Positions 1 through 9,080 of a DNA stretch of 64,000 bases are shown here, one piece after another. This DNA comes from an uncultured Solirubrobacterales bacterium (GTDB lineage: Bacteria; Actinomycetota; Thermoleophilia; Solirubrobacterales; 70-9): positions 9,370 through 73,369 of the forward strand of contig CAWBRE010000012.1 in assembly GCA_963791095.1 (NCBI GenBank), given 5' to 3'. A program made the translations under genes and the position numbers. Every line of letters begins with the position of its first letter. Position 1 is the first letter of the stretch. Below the pieces are notes generated by a model. That model worked only from the letters and a program-made list of their open reading frames with translations. It searched no databases and was not told the origin of the DNA.

Positions 1-1310
1 GCCGCCGGGTCGAGCTCGACCAGCGCCAGGAGGCTCGCCTGCTGCGAGGTCGCGGGGACCACCCGGGCGGGCTTCTCGGAGAGCCCGCAGGCGCGCTCCG
101 CCGCCATGATCACGTTGGAGGAGCTCGGCAGCACCAGCACTTCGTCGGCGTCGGCCCCGTGGATCCCGGCGAGCAGCTCCGAGGTCGAGGGGTTCAGGGT
201 CTCACCGCCCGGCACCACGTCGGCGCCGAGCTCGGCGAAGAGCCGTTCCATCCCCTCCCCCGCCGCCACCGCGACCACCCCGGTCCGCCCCGTGCTCGCC
301 AGCCGCGCGTCGCGTTCGGCCACCTGCTGGCGCATGTCGGCGATGTCGACGTTGGCCACCTCGCCGAGGCCCTCGAAGAGCTCCATCGCCGTCTCCGGGC
401 GATCGGTGTGGACGTGCACCTTCAGCGTCGCTTCGTCGCCGACCACGAGAACCGAGTCGCCGAGCGCCTCCAGCCGCGGCAGCACCGCCCGGTCGTCGAG
501 CCCGGCGCCGGAGACGATGAAGTTGGTGCAGTAGCGGTAGCGGCTGTCCGCGTGGTGGGGCCGGGTCAGCTTCGGCGGCTCGCGGTGGGAGACCTCCGGC
601 ACCGGCGCCCCGTCGCCGCGCAGGCCGGCGACGATCCCGGCCATGATCAGCACCAGGCCGTGGCCGCCCGCGTCGACGACGCCCGATTCGCGCAGCACCT
701 CGAGCTGCTCCGGCGTCCGCGCCACCGCCCGCTCGCCGTCGGCGATCGCCCGCTCCAGCACCTCGGCGAGGATCGCGTCCTGCTGCTCTTCGGAGATGTC
801 GGCGGCGAGCCGCTGTTTGTCGGCCGAGAGGTGGGCGAGCTGGCGGGTGAGCGAGTGGGCCATCTCGCGGAAGACGGTGAGCATCGTCCCCTCGGCGGGC
901 TCGCGGACGGAGTCGTAGGCGGCGTCGGCGGCGGAGGCGAAGGCGGCGGCGACCAGCAGCGGGTCGACCAGCTCACCGGGCCGCGAGGCGAGCTCCTCGG
1001 CGGCGCCGCGGACGATCTGGGAGAGGATCACGCCGGAGTTGCCGCGCGCGCCCATCAGCGCCGCCCGGGCCAGCGTCTGCACGAGGACGGTGCGGCCGAC
1101 CTCGTCGTCGCCCTGGCCGTCGATCCCCTCGCTGTCGACCCGGTCGAGCTCCTCCAGCACGGCGCGCAGCGTCATCGCCATGTTGTCCCCGGTGTCGCCG
1201 TCGGCGACCGGGAAGACGTTGAGGTCGTTCACCTCCTGCCGCCGCGCCTCCAGAGAGGCCAACGCAGAGCTGACGACCCGTCTGAAGCGAGCAATCGATG
1301 GATCGGGCAT
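1..1310 (-). CDS. DAK2/DhaL-domain protein (YloV-like); N-terminal ~436 codons, C-terminus beyond the left edge
   Basis: Own reverse-strand translation from ATG at 1310: MPDPSIARFRRVVSSALASLEARRQEVNDLNVFPVADGDTGDNMAMTLRAVLEELD. DGDTG is the DhaL/DAK2 signature. It is absent from the ORF track because it runs off the window. The + ORF 159..1319 is its R/G/P-rich antisense shadow. Confidence 0.8.
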   Translation of the reverse strand, partial: MPDPSIARFRRVVSSALASLEARRQEVNDLNVFPVADGDTGDNMAMTLRAVLEELDRVDSEGIDGQGDDEVGRTVLVQTLARAALMGARGNSGVILSQIVRGAAEELASRPGELVDPLLVAAAFASAADAAYDSVREPAEGTMLTVFREMAHSLTRQLAHLSADKQRLAADISEEQQDAILAEVLERAIADGERAVARTPEQLEVLRESGVVDAGGHGLVLIMAGIVAGLRGDGAPVPEVSHREPPKLTRPHHADSRYRYCTNFIVSGAGLDDRAVLPRLEALGDSVLVVGDEATLKVHVHTDRPETAMELFEGLGEVANVDIADMRQQVAERDARLASTGRTGVVAVAAGEGMERLFAELGADVVPGGETLNPSTSELLAGIHGADADEVLVLPSSSNVIMAAERACGLSEKPARVVPATSQQASLLALVELDPA

Positions 1311-1357
1311 TCGTCCTAAAACCTAGTGACCAGGCGCGACGGCAGCGGGCCGCGACG

Positions 1358-1371
1358 AATACGGCCGTATT
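1358..1371. promoter_or_regulatory. 14-bp perfect AT-armed palindrome AATACGGCCGTATT in the divergent DAK2/MMPL promoter region (candidate operator)
   Basis: Read directly. It is unusually AT-rich for this genome and sits between two divergent gene starts (1310 and 1520). Confidence 0.3.
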
Positions 1372-1519
1372 TATCGGTACCTTCACTCCCTCCACCCACG
1401 GGTGGATAACGATCCCCACACCATTTCCCCCCTGAGGCCGATGAAGGGCCTCTGCGATCGCCGTAGTTTCATCCGAGCCTCTTTGGCGATCCCGAGCACC
1501 CAGTCACGGAAGGAGCCCC

Positions 1520-3715
1520 ATGCGCCGCTTTGCCACCTGGACCACCGGTCACCGAAAGACGGTGATCTTCAGCTGGATTGCCGCCCTGATCGTCATGGTC
1601 GGCCTTGCCGGCTCCGTGGGCCCCGACTACTCCGAAGAATTCAAACTTCCGACCTCGGACTCGACCGAAGCCTACGAACTGCTCGAAGACAACTTCCCGT
1701 CGCAGTCGGGCGGCACCTCGACGATCGTCTTCAAAGCCGAGGGCGGAGTCGAAACGCCTGCGGTCGAAAAGAAGATGGAAGGCGTCTTCAAGAAGGTCGA
1801 AAAAGAGCCGCACGTGACCGAAGTCGCCAGCCCTTACGGCGGCGGCGAAGGCGCCGGGGCGGTCTCCAAGGACGGCAAGATCGCCTACGCGACGATCCAA
1901 TACGACGTCCAGACCAACGAACTGGACAAAGCAAGCACCGAACGGATCATCGAAACCGCGCAGGGGGCCTCGGAAGGCAGCAAGCTCGACGTGCAGCTGG
2001 GCGGCCAGGCGATCACCGAAGCCGAAGAAGAAAGCGGCGACTCCTCGTTCGGGATCGGCCTGCTGGCCGCGATCGTCATCCTCCTGATCGCCTTCGGCTC
2101 GGTGGTCGCGATGGGGCTGCCGATCATCACCGCGCTGTTCGCGCTCGGGGTCGGGCTCAGCCTGGTCACGCTCGGCACCAACGTCGTCGACACCGCCAAC
2201 TTCGCCCCCGTCCTGGCGGCGATGATCGGGCTCGGGGTCGGGATCGACTACGCGCTCTTCATCCTCACCCGCTTCCGCAACAACCTCGACGAAGGCGACG
2301 AGCCGCAGGAGGCGGCGATCCGGGCCGTCGACACCGCCGGGCGCGCGGTGCTCTTCGCCGGGACGACGGTGATCATCGCCCTGATGGGGATGTTCCTGCT
2401 GGGCATCACCTTCCTCTACGGCGTCGCCGTCGCCGCCGCGCTCTCGGTCCTCTTCACGATGATCTCGGCGCTGACCCTGCTGCCGGCGATGCTGGCCGGG
2501 GTCGGGCACCGGGTGAACAAGTGGAAGATCCCGGGCCTCTCCGGCGGCCAGAACTCGGTCCGCGAAGACACCATGTGGTACCGCTGGAGCCGACTGATCC
2601 AGCGCAATCCGTGGCCCGCCGCGATCCTCTCCGGCGCGCTCCTGCTCTTCCTCTGCGTCCCCACGCTCTCGCTGCGGCTGGGCGTCAACGACGAAGGCAC
2701 CAACCCGAACGGGACGACGACGCGCCAGGCCTACGACCTGCTCGCCGAAGGCTTCGGCCCCGGCTTCAACGGGCCGCTGACGATGGTCGCCTCGCTGCCC
2801 GACCCGGGCGCCGCGGCCGGGATCGAACAGCTCTGCTCGACGCTGAAAAACGAAGAAGGCGTCGCCTCGGTCACCAAGGTCACCTTCAACCGGAAGAAGA
2901 ACGTCGGCCTCTGCCAGGTCAACCCGACCACCTCACCGCAGAGCGCCGACACCACCAGCCTGCTCGATCACATCCGCAACGACGTGATCCCACCGATCGA
3001 AGCGAAGACCGGTGCGGTCATGCACGTCGGCGGCATCACCGCGGTCTTCGAGGACTTCGGCGACGCGATCTCGGAAAAGCTGCCGCTCTTCATCGGCGTG
3101 GTGATCCTGCTCTCGGCGATCCTGCTGATGGCGGTGTTCCGCTCGGTGCTGGTGCCGCTGAAGGCGATCATCATGAACCTGCTGTCGATCGGCGCCGCCT
3201 TCGGGATCATCGTCGCCGTCTTCCAGTGGGGCTGGGGAGGCAGCATCATCGGCGTCGACAACACCGGCCCGATCATCGCCTTCTTCCCCATATTCCTGTT
3301 CTCGATCGTGTTCGGGCTCTCGATGGACTACGAGGTGTTCCTGATGTCCCGCATGCACGAGGAGTGGGAGCGGACGCACGACGCCAACGAATCGGTCACC
3401 CGCGGCCTCGCCCTGACCGGGCGCGTGATCACCGCGGCGGCGGCGATCATGGTCACCGTCTTCGCCTCCTTCCTGCTCGGCGAAGAACGGGTGATCAAGC
3501 TGTTCGGCCTCGGCCTCGCCTCGGCGGTGCTGATCGACGCGGTGGTGATCCGCTCGATCCTCGTCCCGGCGATCATGCAGCTGCTCGGCAAATCCGCCTG
3601 GTGGATGCCCGAGTGGCTCTCCAAGATCCTGCCGAACCTCGCCGTCGATCCGCCCGACAGCGTGCACTCCGCCGACGGCACCGCCAAACCGGCCGTCGCC
3701 ACCGAGAGCGAGTAA
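1520..3715 (+). CDS. MMPL family (RND superfamily) membrane transporter
   Basis: 731-aa ORF. N-terminal TM followed by a periplasmic domain, two blocks of about 6 TM, typical MMPL sequence (GIDYALFILTRFR, MDYEVFLMSRMHEEW). Confidence 0.9.
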   Translation: MRRFATWTTGHRKTVIFSWIAALIVMVGLAGSVGPDYSEEFKLPTSDSTEAYELLEDNFPSQSGGTSTIVFKAEGGVETPAVEKKMEGVFKKVEKEPHVTEVASPYGGGEGAGAVSKDGKIAYATIQYDVQTNELDKASTERIIETAQGASEGSKLDVQLGGQAITEAEEESGDSSFGIGLLAAIVILLIAFGSVVAMGLPIITALFALGVGLSLVTLGTNVVDTANFAPVLAAMIGLGVGIDYALFILTRFRNNLDEGDEPQEAAIRAVDTAGRAVLFAGTTVIIALMGMFLLGITFLYGVAVAAALSVLFTMISALTLLPAMLAGVGHRVNKWKIPGLSGGQNSVREDTMWYRWSRLIQRNPWPAAILSGALLLFLCVPTLSLRLGVNDEGTNPNGTTTRQAYDLLAEGFGPGFNGPLTMVASLPDPGAAAGIEQLCSTLKNEEGVASVTKVTFNRKKNVGLCQVNPTTSPQSADTTSLLDHIRNDVIPPIEAKTGAVMHVGGITAVFEDFGDAISEKLPLFIGVVILLSAILLMAVFRSVLVPLKAIIMNLLSIGAAFGIIVAVFQWGWGGSIIGVDNTGPIIAFFPIFLFSIVFGLSMDYEVFLMSRMHEEWERTHDANESVTRGLALTGRVITAAAAIMVTVFASFLLGEERVIKLFGLGLASAVLIDAVVIRSILVPAIMQLLGKSAWWMPEWLSKILPNLAVDPPDSVHSADGTAKPAVATESE

Positions 3716-3731
3716 GCCTCAGCCCCAGACA

Positions 3732-3862
3732 GCGTCTGCACAAACTCGTCCCAGCGACGAGTTGGTGCAGACGCGTCTGCATTTACCCCTCCAGGGCGGG
3801 GGCAAATGCAGACGCTCAGCGTCGTTGTCTGCATTTACCCCTCAGATACGAGAGGTAAATGC
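3732..3862. repeat. Cluster of three consecutive hairpins (family B, arm GCGTCTGCATTTACCCC) downstream of the MMPL gene
   Basis: 3732-3774: 19-bp stem with 1 mismatch. 3773-3815: 17-bp arms GCGTCTGCATTTACCCC / GGGGCAAATGCAGACGC. 3828-3862: a degenerate third copy. The same arm recurs at 15444-15484. Confidence 0.75.
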
Positions 3863-3874
3863 GCCGCCCACGCT

Positions 3875-3991
3875 CCTGAGGCGGCGTGGGCCAGCCTCGC
3901 AAGGACGCAGGGAGCGAGCCGAGGGACGCGCACCCAAGTGCGTGACCCGAAGGCGAGCGACCGAGCACGCAGCGAGGCGCCCCCACGCCGC
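3875..3991. repeat. 117-bp segment bounded by a perfect 16-bp inverted repeat (CCTGAGGCGGCGTGGG / CCCACGCCGCCTCAGG), MITE-like
   Basis: Inverted repeat read directly. The interior holds the reiterated CGAGC/GACGC motifs and no credible ORF. Confidence 0.45.
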
Positions 3992-4010
3992 CTCAGGGGG
4001 AAGAACGATT

Positions 4011-4035
4011 GCGGCCTCCCCCTCGGGGAGGCCGC
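4011..4035 (-). terminator. Hairpin immediately 3' of rpmB (11-bp GC stem, 3-nt loop), probably a bidirectional terminator
   Basis: GCGGCCTCCCC-CTC-GGGGAGGCCGC, 6 nt after the rpmB stop. No U-tract. Confidence 0.5.
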
Positions 4036-4040
4036 TCAGG

Positions 4041-4232
4041 CTAGGCGGCCTTGGTGACCTTGTTGCTCTTGAGGCAACGGGTGCAAACGTAGGCGCGGAG
4101 CGGGCGACCGTTCTCCTGGATCCGGACCTTCTGCAGGTTCGGATTGAAGCGGCGCTTCGTCGCGACCATCGAGTGGCTGCGGGACTGGCCGAAGGCCGGT
4201 TTCTTGCCGCAGCTGTGACATACCTTTGCCAT
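4041..4232 (-). CDS. rpmB: 50S ribosomal protein L28
   Basis: 63-aa ORF MAKVCHSCGKKPAFGQSRSHSMVATKRRFNPNLQKVRI, canonical L28. Confidence 0.95.
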   Translation of the reverse strand: MAKVCHSCGKKPAFGQSRSHSMVATKRRFNPNLQKVRIQENGRPLRAYVCTRCLKSNKVTKAA

Positions 4233-4253
4233 ACGACGCGAGATGGTACCGAG

Positions 4254-4748
4254 TCAGGCGACTCGACGCTTCATCAGCGCCATCCGCGCAACGGTGAGGG
4301 CGGCGTTGCGGCCCTGATCGCGCTTGTCGCCGCCCGCCCGGGCCAGCGCCTGGTCCATCGTGTCGCAGGTGATCACGCCGAAGGCGCAGGGCACCCCGGT
4401 CTGCAACTGGACGTCCTGGATCCCCCGCGCCGACTCGCCGCAGACGAAGTCGAAGTGGGCGGTCTCGCCGCGGATCACCACGCCGAGGCAGGCGACGCCG
4501 GCGAACTTGCCGGTCTCGGCGAGGTACTTCGCCGCCAGCGGCAGCTCGAAGGCGCCGGGCACCGAGTGGTGCTCGACCTGGCCCGCCCCCACGCCGGCGA
4601 GCTCGAAGCCCGCCCGCGCCCCGGCCTCGAGCCGCTGCGCGAGGTCCTCGTAGAAGCGCCCGACCACGGTCGCGAAGCGCAGCGAGGACAGCTCCGAGCC
4701 CTCGGCCGGGGTGAACTCCTCGAGGAAGGCGCCGTCGCCCTCAGCCAT
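4254..4748 (-). CDS. ribH: 6,7-dimethyl-8-ribityllumazine synthase
   Basis: 164 aa. Motifs VPGAFELP and [22 protein letters not shown] overlap with the ribBA stop. Confidence 0.95.
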   Translation of the reverse strand: MAEGDGAFLEEFTPAEGSELSSLRFATVVGRFYEDLAQRLEAGARAGFELAGVGAGQVEHHSVPGAFELPLAAKYLAETGKFAGVACLGVVIRGETAHFDFVCGESARGIQDVQLQTGVPCAFGVITCDTMDQALARAGGDKRDQGRNAALTVARMALMKRRVA

Positions 4749-6105
4749 TGCCGTCGGTGCCCCCGGGGACGGAGCCGTCGCGCTCGCGCTCCTCGTCCCG
4801 GACCTCCTCTTCGTGGAGCATTTCCTCGTCGAGGTCGAGCCCCTGGTGGTGGAGGATGTGGCCCATCTTGTCGCGCTTGGTGCGCAGGTAGGCCTCGTTG
4901 TGGATGTTGGGCTGGGACTCGATCGGCACCTGCTCGGTGACCGACAGCCCGTAGCCCTCCATGCCGACGATCTTTTTCGGGTTGTTGGTGATGATGCGGA
5001 TGCTGGTCAGCCCCAGGTCGCCGAGGATCTGGGCGCCGATCCCGTAGTCGCGCAGGTCGGCGGGCAGGCCCAGCTTCAGGTTCGCCTCGACCGTGTCGGC
5101 GCCCTCCTCCTGCAGTTTGTAGGCGCGCAGCTTGTTCAGCAGGCCGATCCCCCGCCCCTCCTGGGAGAGGTAGAGGAGGACGCCGCGGCCCTCGTTCTCG
5201 ATCATCGCCAGCGAGGCCTCGAGCTGCTCGCCGCAGTCGCAGCGCATGCTGTGGAAGACGTCGCCGGTGAGGCACTCCGAGTGCACGCGGACGAGCACGT
5301 CCTCGATCCCGTCGACCTCGCCTTTGACCATCGCGACGTGGTGTTTGTCGTCGACCAGCGAGCGGTAGCCGACCGCGGTGAAGTCGCCGAAGGCGGTCGG
5401 CAGCGCCGTCGCCACCACCCGTTCGACCAGCTTCTCGGTCTTGCGCCGGTAGGCGATCAGGTCGGCGACGGTGACCATCTTCAGGTCGTGCTTGGCGCAG
5501 TAGGGGATCAGGTCGGGGACGCGGGCCATCGAGCCGTCGTCGTTCATCACCTCGCAGATCACCCCGGCCGGGATCAGCCCGGCGAGGCGGGCGAGGTCGA
5601 CCGAGGCCTCGGTGTGGCCGGTGCGCTCCAGCACGCCGCCCTCTTTCGCCTGCAGGGGGAACATGTGGCCGGGGACGACGATGTCGCGCGGGCCCGACTC
5701 GGGGTCGATCGCGACCTGGATCGTGTGGGCGCGGTCGTGGGCGGAGATCCCGGTGCTGACCCCGCCGGCGGCCTCGATCGAGACCGTGAAGGCGGTCTGC
5801 AGCGGCGCCTCGTTCTTGGCCGCCATCAGGTTCAGGCCGAGCTTGCGGCAGCGCTCCGGGGTCAGCGCCAGGCAGATCAGCCCGCGCGCCTCCTTGGCCA
5901 TGAAGTTGACCGCCTCCGGGGTGGCGAACTGCGCCGCCATCACCAGGTCGCCCTCGTTCTCGCGGTCTTCGCCGTCGCAGACGACGACCATCTTGCCGCG
6001 GCGGATCTCTTCGATCGCCTCCTCGATCGTGGCGAAGGCGCTCTCGATGCCGTCGCCCTGCTCGTCGATAGGGGTCTCCTGGGGGATGTCGGTCTCCTGA
6101 CTCAC
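4741..6105 (-). CDS. ribBA: Bifunctional 3,4-dihydroxy-2-butanone-4-phosphate synthase / GTP cyclohydrolase II
   Basis: C-terminal part of the 825-aa run-on ORF 4741..7218. Motifs DRENEGDLV (DHBPS) and [18 protein letters not shown] (GCH II). Start taken as GTG at 6105, preceded by GGAAAGGAG. Confidence 0.92.
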   Translation of the reverse strand: MSQETDIPQETPIDEQGDGIESAFATIEEAIEEIRRGKMVVVCDGEDRENEGDLVMAAQFATPEAVNFMAKEARGLICLALTPERCRKLGLNLMAAKNEAPLQTAFTVSIEAAGGVSTGISAHDRAHTIQVAIDPESGPRDIVVPGHMFPLQAKEGGVLERTGHTEASVDLARLAGLIPAGVICEVMNDDGSMARVPDLIPYCAKHDLKMVTVADLIAYRRKTEKLVERVVATALPTAFGDFTAVGYRSLVDDKHHVAMVKGEVDGIEDVLVRVHSECLTGDVFHSMRCDCGEQLEASLAMIENEGRGVLLYLSQEGRGIGLLNKLRAYKLQEEGADTVEANLKLGLPADLRDYGIGAQILGDLGLTSIRIITNNPKKIVGMEGYGLSVTEQVPIESQPNIHNEAYLRTKRDKMGHILHHQGLDLDEEMLHEEEVRDEERERDGSVPGGTDGNG

Positions 6106-6708
6106 GCGTTCTCCTTTCCAGCAAATGGTGACAGCAGCCGCTCCACGTACTTGGCGATCACGTCGACCTCGACGTTCCAGGCGTCCCCGGGGGCGGCGTC
6201 GCCGAGGTTGGTGCGCTCCAAGGTCTCCGGGATCAGGCGAGACCTCTACCCAGGTGTCGCCGAGCTCGGCGATCGTGAGGCTGACGCCGTTCAGGGCGAC
6301 CGAGCCCTTGTCGACGACGTAGCGCCGCAGCTCGGGCGGGAGCTCGACCCGGATGCGGCGGGCGAAGCCGTCCTCGGTGACCTCGGTGACCCGGCCGGAG
6401 CCGTCGGCGTGGCCCTGGACGATGTGGCCGCCGAGGCGCTCGTCGGCGCGCGTCGCCAGCTCCAGGTTGACCCGGGCGCCGGCGTCGAGGGCGCCGATCA
6501 CGGTGACCTCGAGCGTCTGGTTCATCGCCTCGGTGGCGAAGCCGCCCGCGTCGGCCTCGGTGGCGGTGAGGCAGACGCCGTTGACGGCGATCGAGTCGCC
6601 GAGGCCGATCTCGGTGCCGAGCTTCGTCGCGATCCGCAGGCGCGCGCCGTCGGCGCCGCCCTCGACGCTCTCGACACTGCCGATGTCCTGCACCAGTCCG
6701 GTGAACAT
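6102..6708 (-). CDS. ribE: Riboflavin synthase alpha chain; reading frame broken by one extra base near 6237
   Basis: [36 protein letters not shown] reads in one frame. The expected C-terminus [44 protein letters not shown] reads in the +1 frame. That frame ends in a GTGA overlap with the ribBA start. Confidence 0.88.
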
Positions 6709-7928
6709 CACCACTCCTTGAATCGGGTTCGGATCAAAGTGTCCTCTCCCACGGTCTCGGCTTCCGTGGGACCGCCCTGGAGTGCCGCAACGGGTACGTC
6801 GCGGGCCGGGCCGCCGAGCCACAGCGGGGCGACGAAGACGCGCGCCTCGTCGACCTGCCCGGCGGCGGCGAAGGCGGCGGCGAGCGTCGCGCCGCCCTCG
6901 AGCAGGAGGCTGGTGAGGCCGCGGCGGCCGAGCTCGGCGAGCGCCGTGGTGACCCGCTCGGCGGGGCTCGCGCCGGCGGCGAGGATCGTCTTGGCGCCGG
7001 CGTCGCGCAGCGCCTCGAGCCGGTCCTGGTCGGCGCCGGGGCCGTGGACGACGGTGAGCGGCGCTTCGTCGAGCGTCGCCAGGAGCTGGCAGTCGAGCGG
7101 CAGGCGGGCGGCGGAGTCGAAGACGACGCGGACCGGCTGGCGCGCTTCGCCGAGGCGGGCGGTGAGCAGCGGGTCGTCGGCGAGGACGGTGCCGATGCCG
7201 ACCGCGATCGCGTCGCATTCGCCGCGCCAGACGTGGACCAGCTGGCGGCTCCGCTCGCCGGAGATCCAGGGCGAGGCGCCCTCCGGCGTGGCGGTGCGCC
7301 CGTCGAGCGACATCGCCGTCTTCAGCACGACGAGCGGCAGGCCGGTGATCCCGTGCTTGCGGAACGGCTGGTTGAGGAGGCGGGCCTCAAGCGCGACCTC
7401 GGCCGCCTCGGCGGCAGTCGGCGCGGCGAGCCCCGTGGCGTCGCCCACGCTCGAGGCGGCAGCCCCGGTCGCGGCGCGCGCGGTCTGGCCGTCGGTCGTG
7501 GCCTCGCCCTCACCCTCGCCGTCGATGAAGTCGACCTCGATCCCGGCGGCGCGCAGTTGCTCGGGGCCCTTGCCCGCGGCCTTCGTCGTCGGGTCCTCCG
7601 AGGCGATCACCACGCGGGCGAGGTCGGCCTCGATGATCGCTTCGCTGCAGGGCGGCTGGCGGCCCTGGTGGGCGCAGGGCTCGAGCGTCACGTAGATCGT
7701 CGCCCCGGCCGGGTCCTCACCGCGCCGCGCCGCGTCGGCGAGCGCCGCCCGCTCGGCGTGCAACCCGCCGAGCTCGGCATGGAATCCCTCCCCGATAATC
7801 TCCCCGTCGCGCACGACCAGCGCGCCGACGAGCGGGTTCGGGCTCACCCGACCGCGGCCGCCCGCCGCCAGGGCGAGCGCCTTTCGGAGGAATTTAAGGT
7901 CGCCTGGTGTTGTTGACTGACCAGTCAA
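6708..7928 (-). CDS. ribD: Bifunctional riboflavin biosynthesis deaminase/reductase
   Basis: 406 aa. Motifs HAERAAL and [14 protein letters not shown] (deaminase), then the [10 protein letters not shown] reductase domain. A low-complexity linker of about 45 aa separates the domains. TTG start. Confidence 0.9.
   Translation of the reverse strand: MTGQSTTPGDLKFLRKALALAAGGRGRVSPNPLVGALVVRDGEIIGEGFHAELGGLHAERAALADAARRGEDPAGATIYVTLEPCAHQGRQPPCSEAIIEADLARVVIASEDPTTKAAGKGPEQLRAAGIEVDFIDGEGEGEATTDGQTARAATGAAASSVGDATGLAAPTAAEAAEVALEARLLNQPFRKHGITGLPLVVLKTAMSLDGRTATPEGASPWISGERSRQLVHVWRGECDAIAVGIGTVLADDPLLTARLGEARQPVRVVFDSAARLPLDCQLLATLDEAPLTVVHGPGADQDRLEALRDAGAKTILAAGASPAERVTTALAELGRRGLTSLLLEGGATLAAAFAAAGQVDEARVFVAPLWLGGPARDVPVAALQGGPTEAETVGEDTLIRTRFKEW
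7913..7928. promoter_or_regulatory. Palindrome TTGACTGACCAGTCAA overlapping the ribD start, in the ribD / GT2 divergent region
   Basis: 7-bp arms read directly. Function unknown. Confidence 0.2.
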
Positions 7929-7994
7929 TCAGTCGATCTTAGTGCCTACCGGGCCCGCGTTTCGACCCCCACCCCCCGTACTCTGGGGGCCGCC

Positions 7995-9080
7995 TTGAAG
8001 TTGATCATCCAGATCCCCTGCCTGAACGAGGAAGAGACGCTGCCGGCGACGATCGCCGACCTGCCGCGTGCCCTCGACGGCTTCGACTCGGTCGAGCTGC
8101 TCGTGATCGACGACGGGTCGACCGATCGCACCGTCGCGGTGGCGCGCGAATGCGGGGTCGAGCACATCGTCCGGCTGACCAACAACAAGGGCCTCGCGGC
8201 CGGGTTCCAGGCCGGGCTCGACGCCTGCCTGAAGCTGGGCGCCGACGTCGTCGTCAACACCGACGCCGACAACCAGTACGCGGGCGCCGACGTCGCCAAG
8301 CTGGTCGCCCCGATCCTCGCCGGCGAGGCCGACATGGTGGTCGGCAACCGCCAGGTCGACGGGATCGAGCACTTCTCCGACGCCAAGAAACAGCTCCAAC
8401 ACTGGGGCAGCTGGGTTGTAAGGCGCGTGTCGAACACCGAGGTCACCGACACCACCTCCGGCTTCCGCGCCTACAACCGCGAGGCGGCGCTGCAGCTCGC
8501 CGTGGTCGACAACTTCACCTACACGCTGGAGAGCCTGGTGCAGGCGGGCAAGATGCTGGTCGCCGTCGACGAGGTGCCGATCGCGACCAACCCGCAGACC
8601 CGCGAGTCGCGGCTGGCCGGCTCGACCGGCGACTACGTGCGCCGCAACACGCCCGCGATCCTGCGGATCTACGCCCGCTACGAGCCGCTGCGGGCCTTCG
8701 TCACGGCGGCGATCGTGGTCGGCGCGCTGGCCTTCGTCGCCTGGCTGCCGTTCCTGATCGACGCGATCTTCAACGGCAAGTCAAACGGCCACATCCAGTC
8801 GCTGATCCTCGGCGCGGTGCTGTTCATCGCCGCCGTGCAGCTGTTCGCGCTCGGCGTGATCGGCGACCTGCTGGCCGGGCAGCGGGTGATGACGCAGCGG
8901 ATCTTCGAGCGCGTGCGCCGGGTCGAGCTGGCCCTCGGCGTGCCGCCCTCGCACTACGAGAAGGGCTCGGCGCGCCCCGCCGCCTCCGAGCAGGAGACGA
9001 CGGTGCACGGAACCGCGCCCGCCGAGGCGCCGACCGAAGTGGCGGCGCCCGACGAAGGCGTAACCGAGGTGGACGCATGA
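7995..9080 (+). CDS. Family 2 glycosyltransferase with C-terminal TM segments (polyprenol-phosphate sugar transferase-like)
   Basis: 361 aa. Motifs IPCLNEEETL, VIDDGSTD, NTDADNQY, TSGFRAY. TTG start. Confidence 0.88.
   Translation: MKLIIQIPCLNEEETLPATIADLPRALDGFDSVELLVIDDGSTDRTVAVARECGVEHIVRLTNNKGLAAGFQAGLDACLKLGADVVVNTDADNQYAGADVAKLVAPILAGEADMVVGNRQVDGIEHFSDAKKQLQHWGSWVVRRVSNTEVTDTTSGFRAYNREAALQLAVVDNFTYTLESLVQAGKMLVAVDEVPIATNPQTRESRLAGSTGDYVRRNTPAILRIYARYEPLRAFVTAAIVVGALAFVAWLPFLIDAIFNGKSNGHIQSLILGAVLFIAAVQLFALGVIGDLLAGQRVMTQRIFERVRRVELALGVPPSHYEKGSARPAASEQETTVHGTAPAEAPTEVAAPDEGVTEVDA

Noticed and set aside
159-1319. Long + strand ORF (386 aa), plus similar long ORFs such as 1402..3858, 4711..7695, 16531..19314, 24456..27110, 39237..41510, 43297..44592
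   Set aside because: They have extreme Arg/Gly/Pro/Asp/His-rich composition with no recognisable motifs. Each lies antisense to, or out of frame with, a clearly conserved gene. These are typical stop-codon-poor shadow ORFs of a GC-rich genome.
3732-3991. CRISPR array suggested by the repeated hairpin-forming sequences
   Set aside because: The repeats are inverted or abutting, not regularly spaced direct repeats with unique spacers. At most three copies occur, and there are no cas genes in the window.
4741-7218. 825-aa ORF; likewise 22312..24498 (728 aa), 49988..52891 (967 aa), 55393..57519 (708 aa)
   Set aside because: These are not single proteins. They are run-ons of two adjacent genes (ribE+ribBA, cmk plus an out-of-frame read across der, murD+ftsW, murE plus an upstream extension). 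They are created by missing stops after frame shifts or by GC-rich upstream sequence.
7929-7994. FMN (RFN) riboswitch upstream of ribD
   Set aside because: Only about 66 nt of spacer is available, and none of the conserved RFN elements is visible on the ribD strand.
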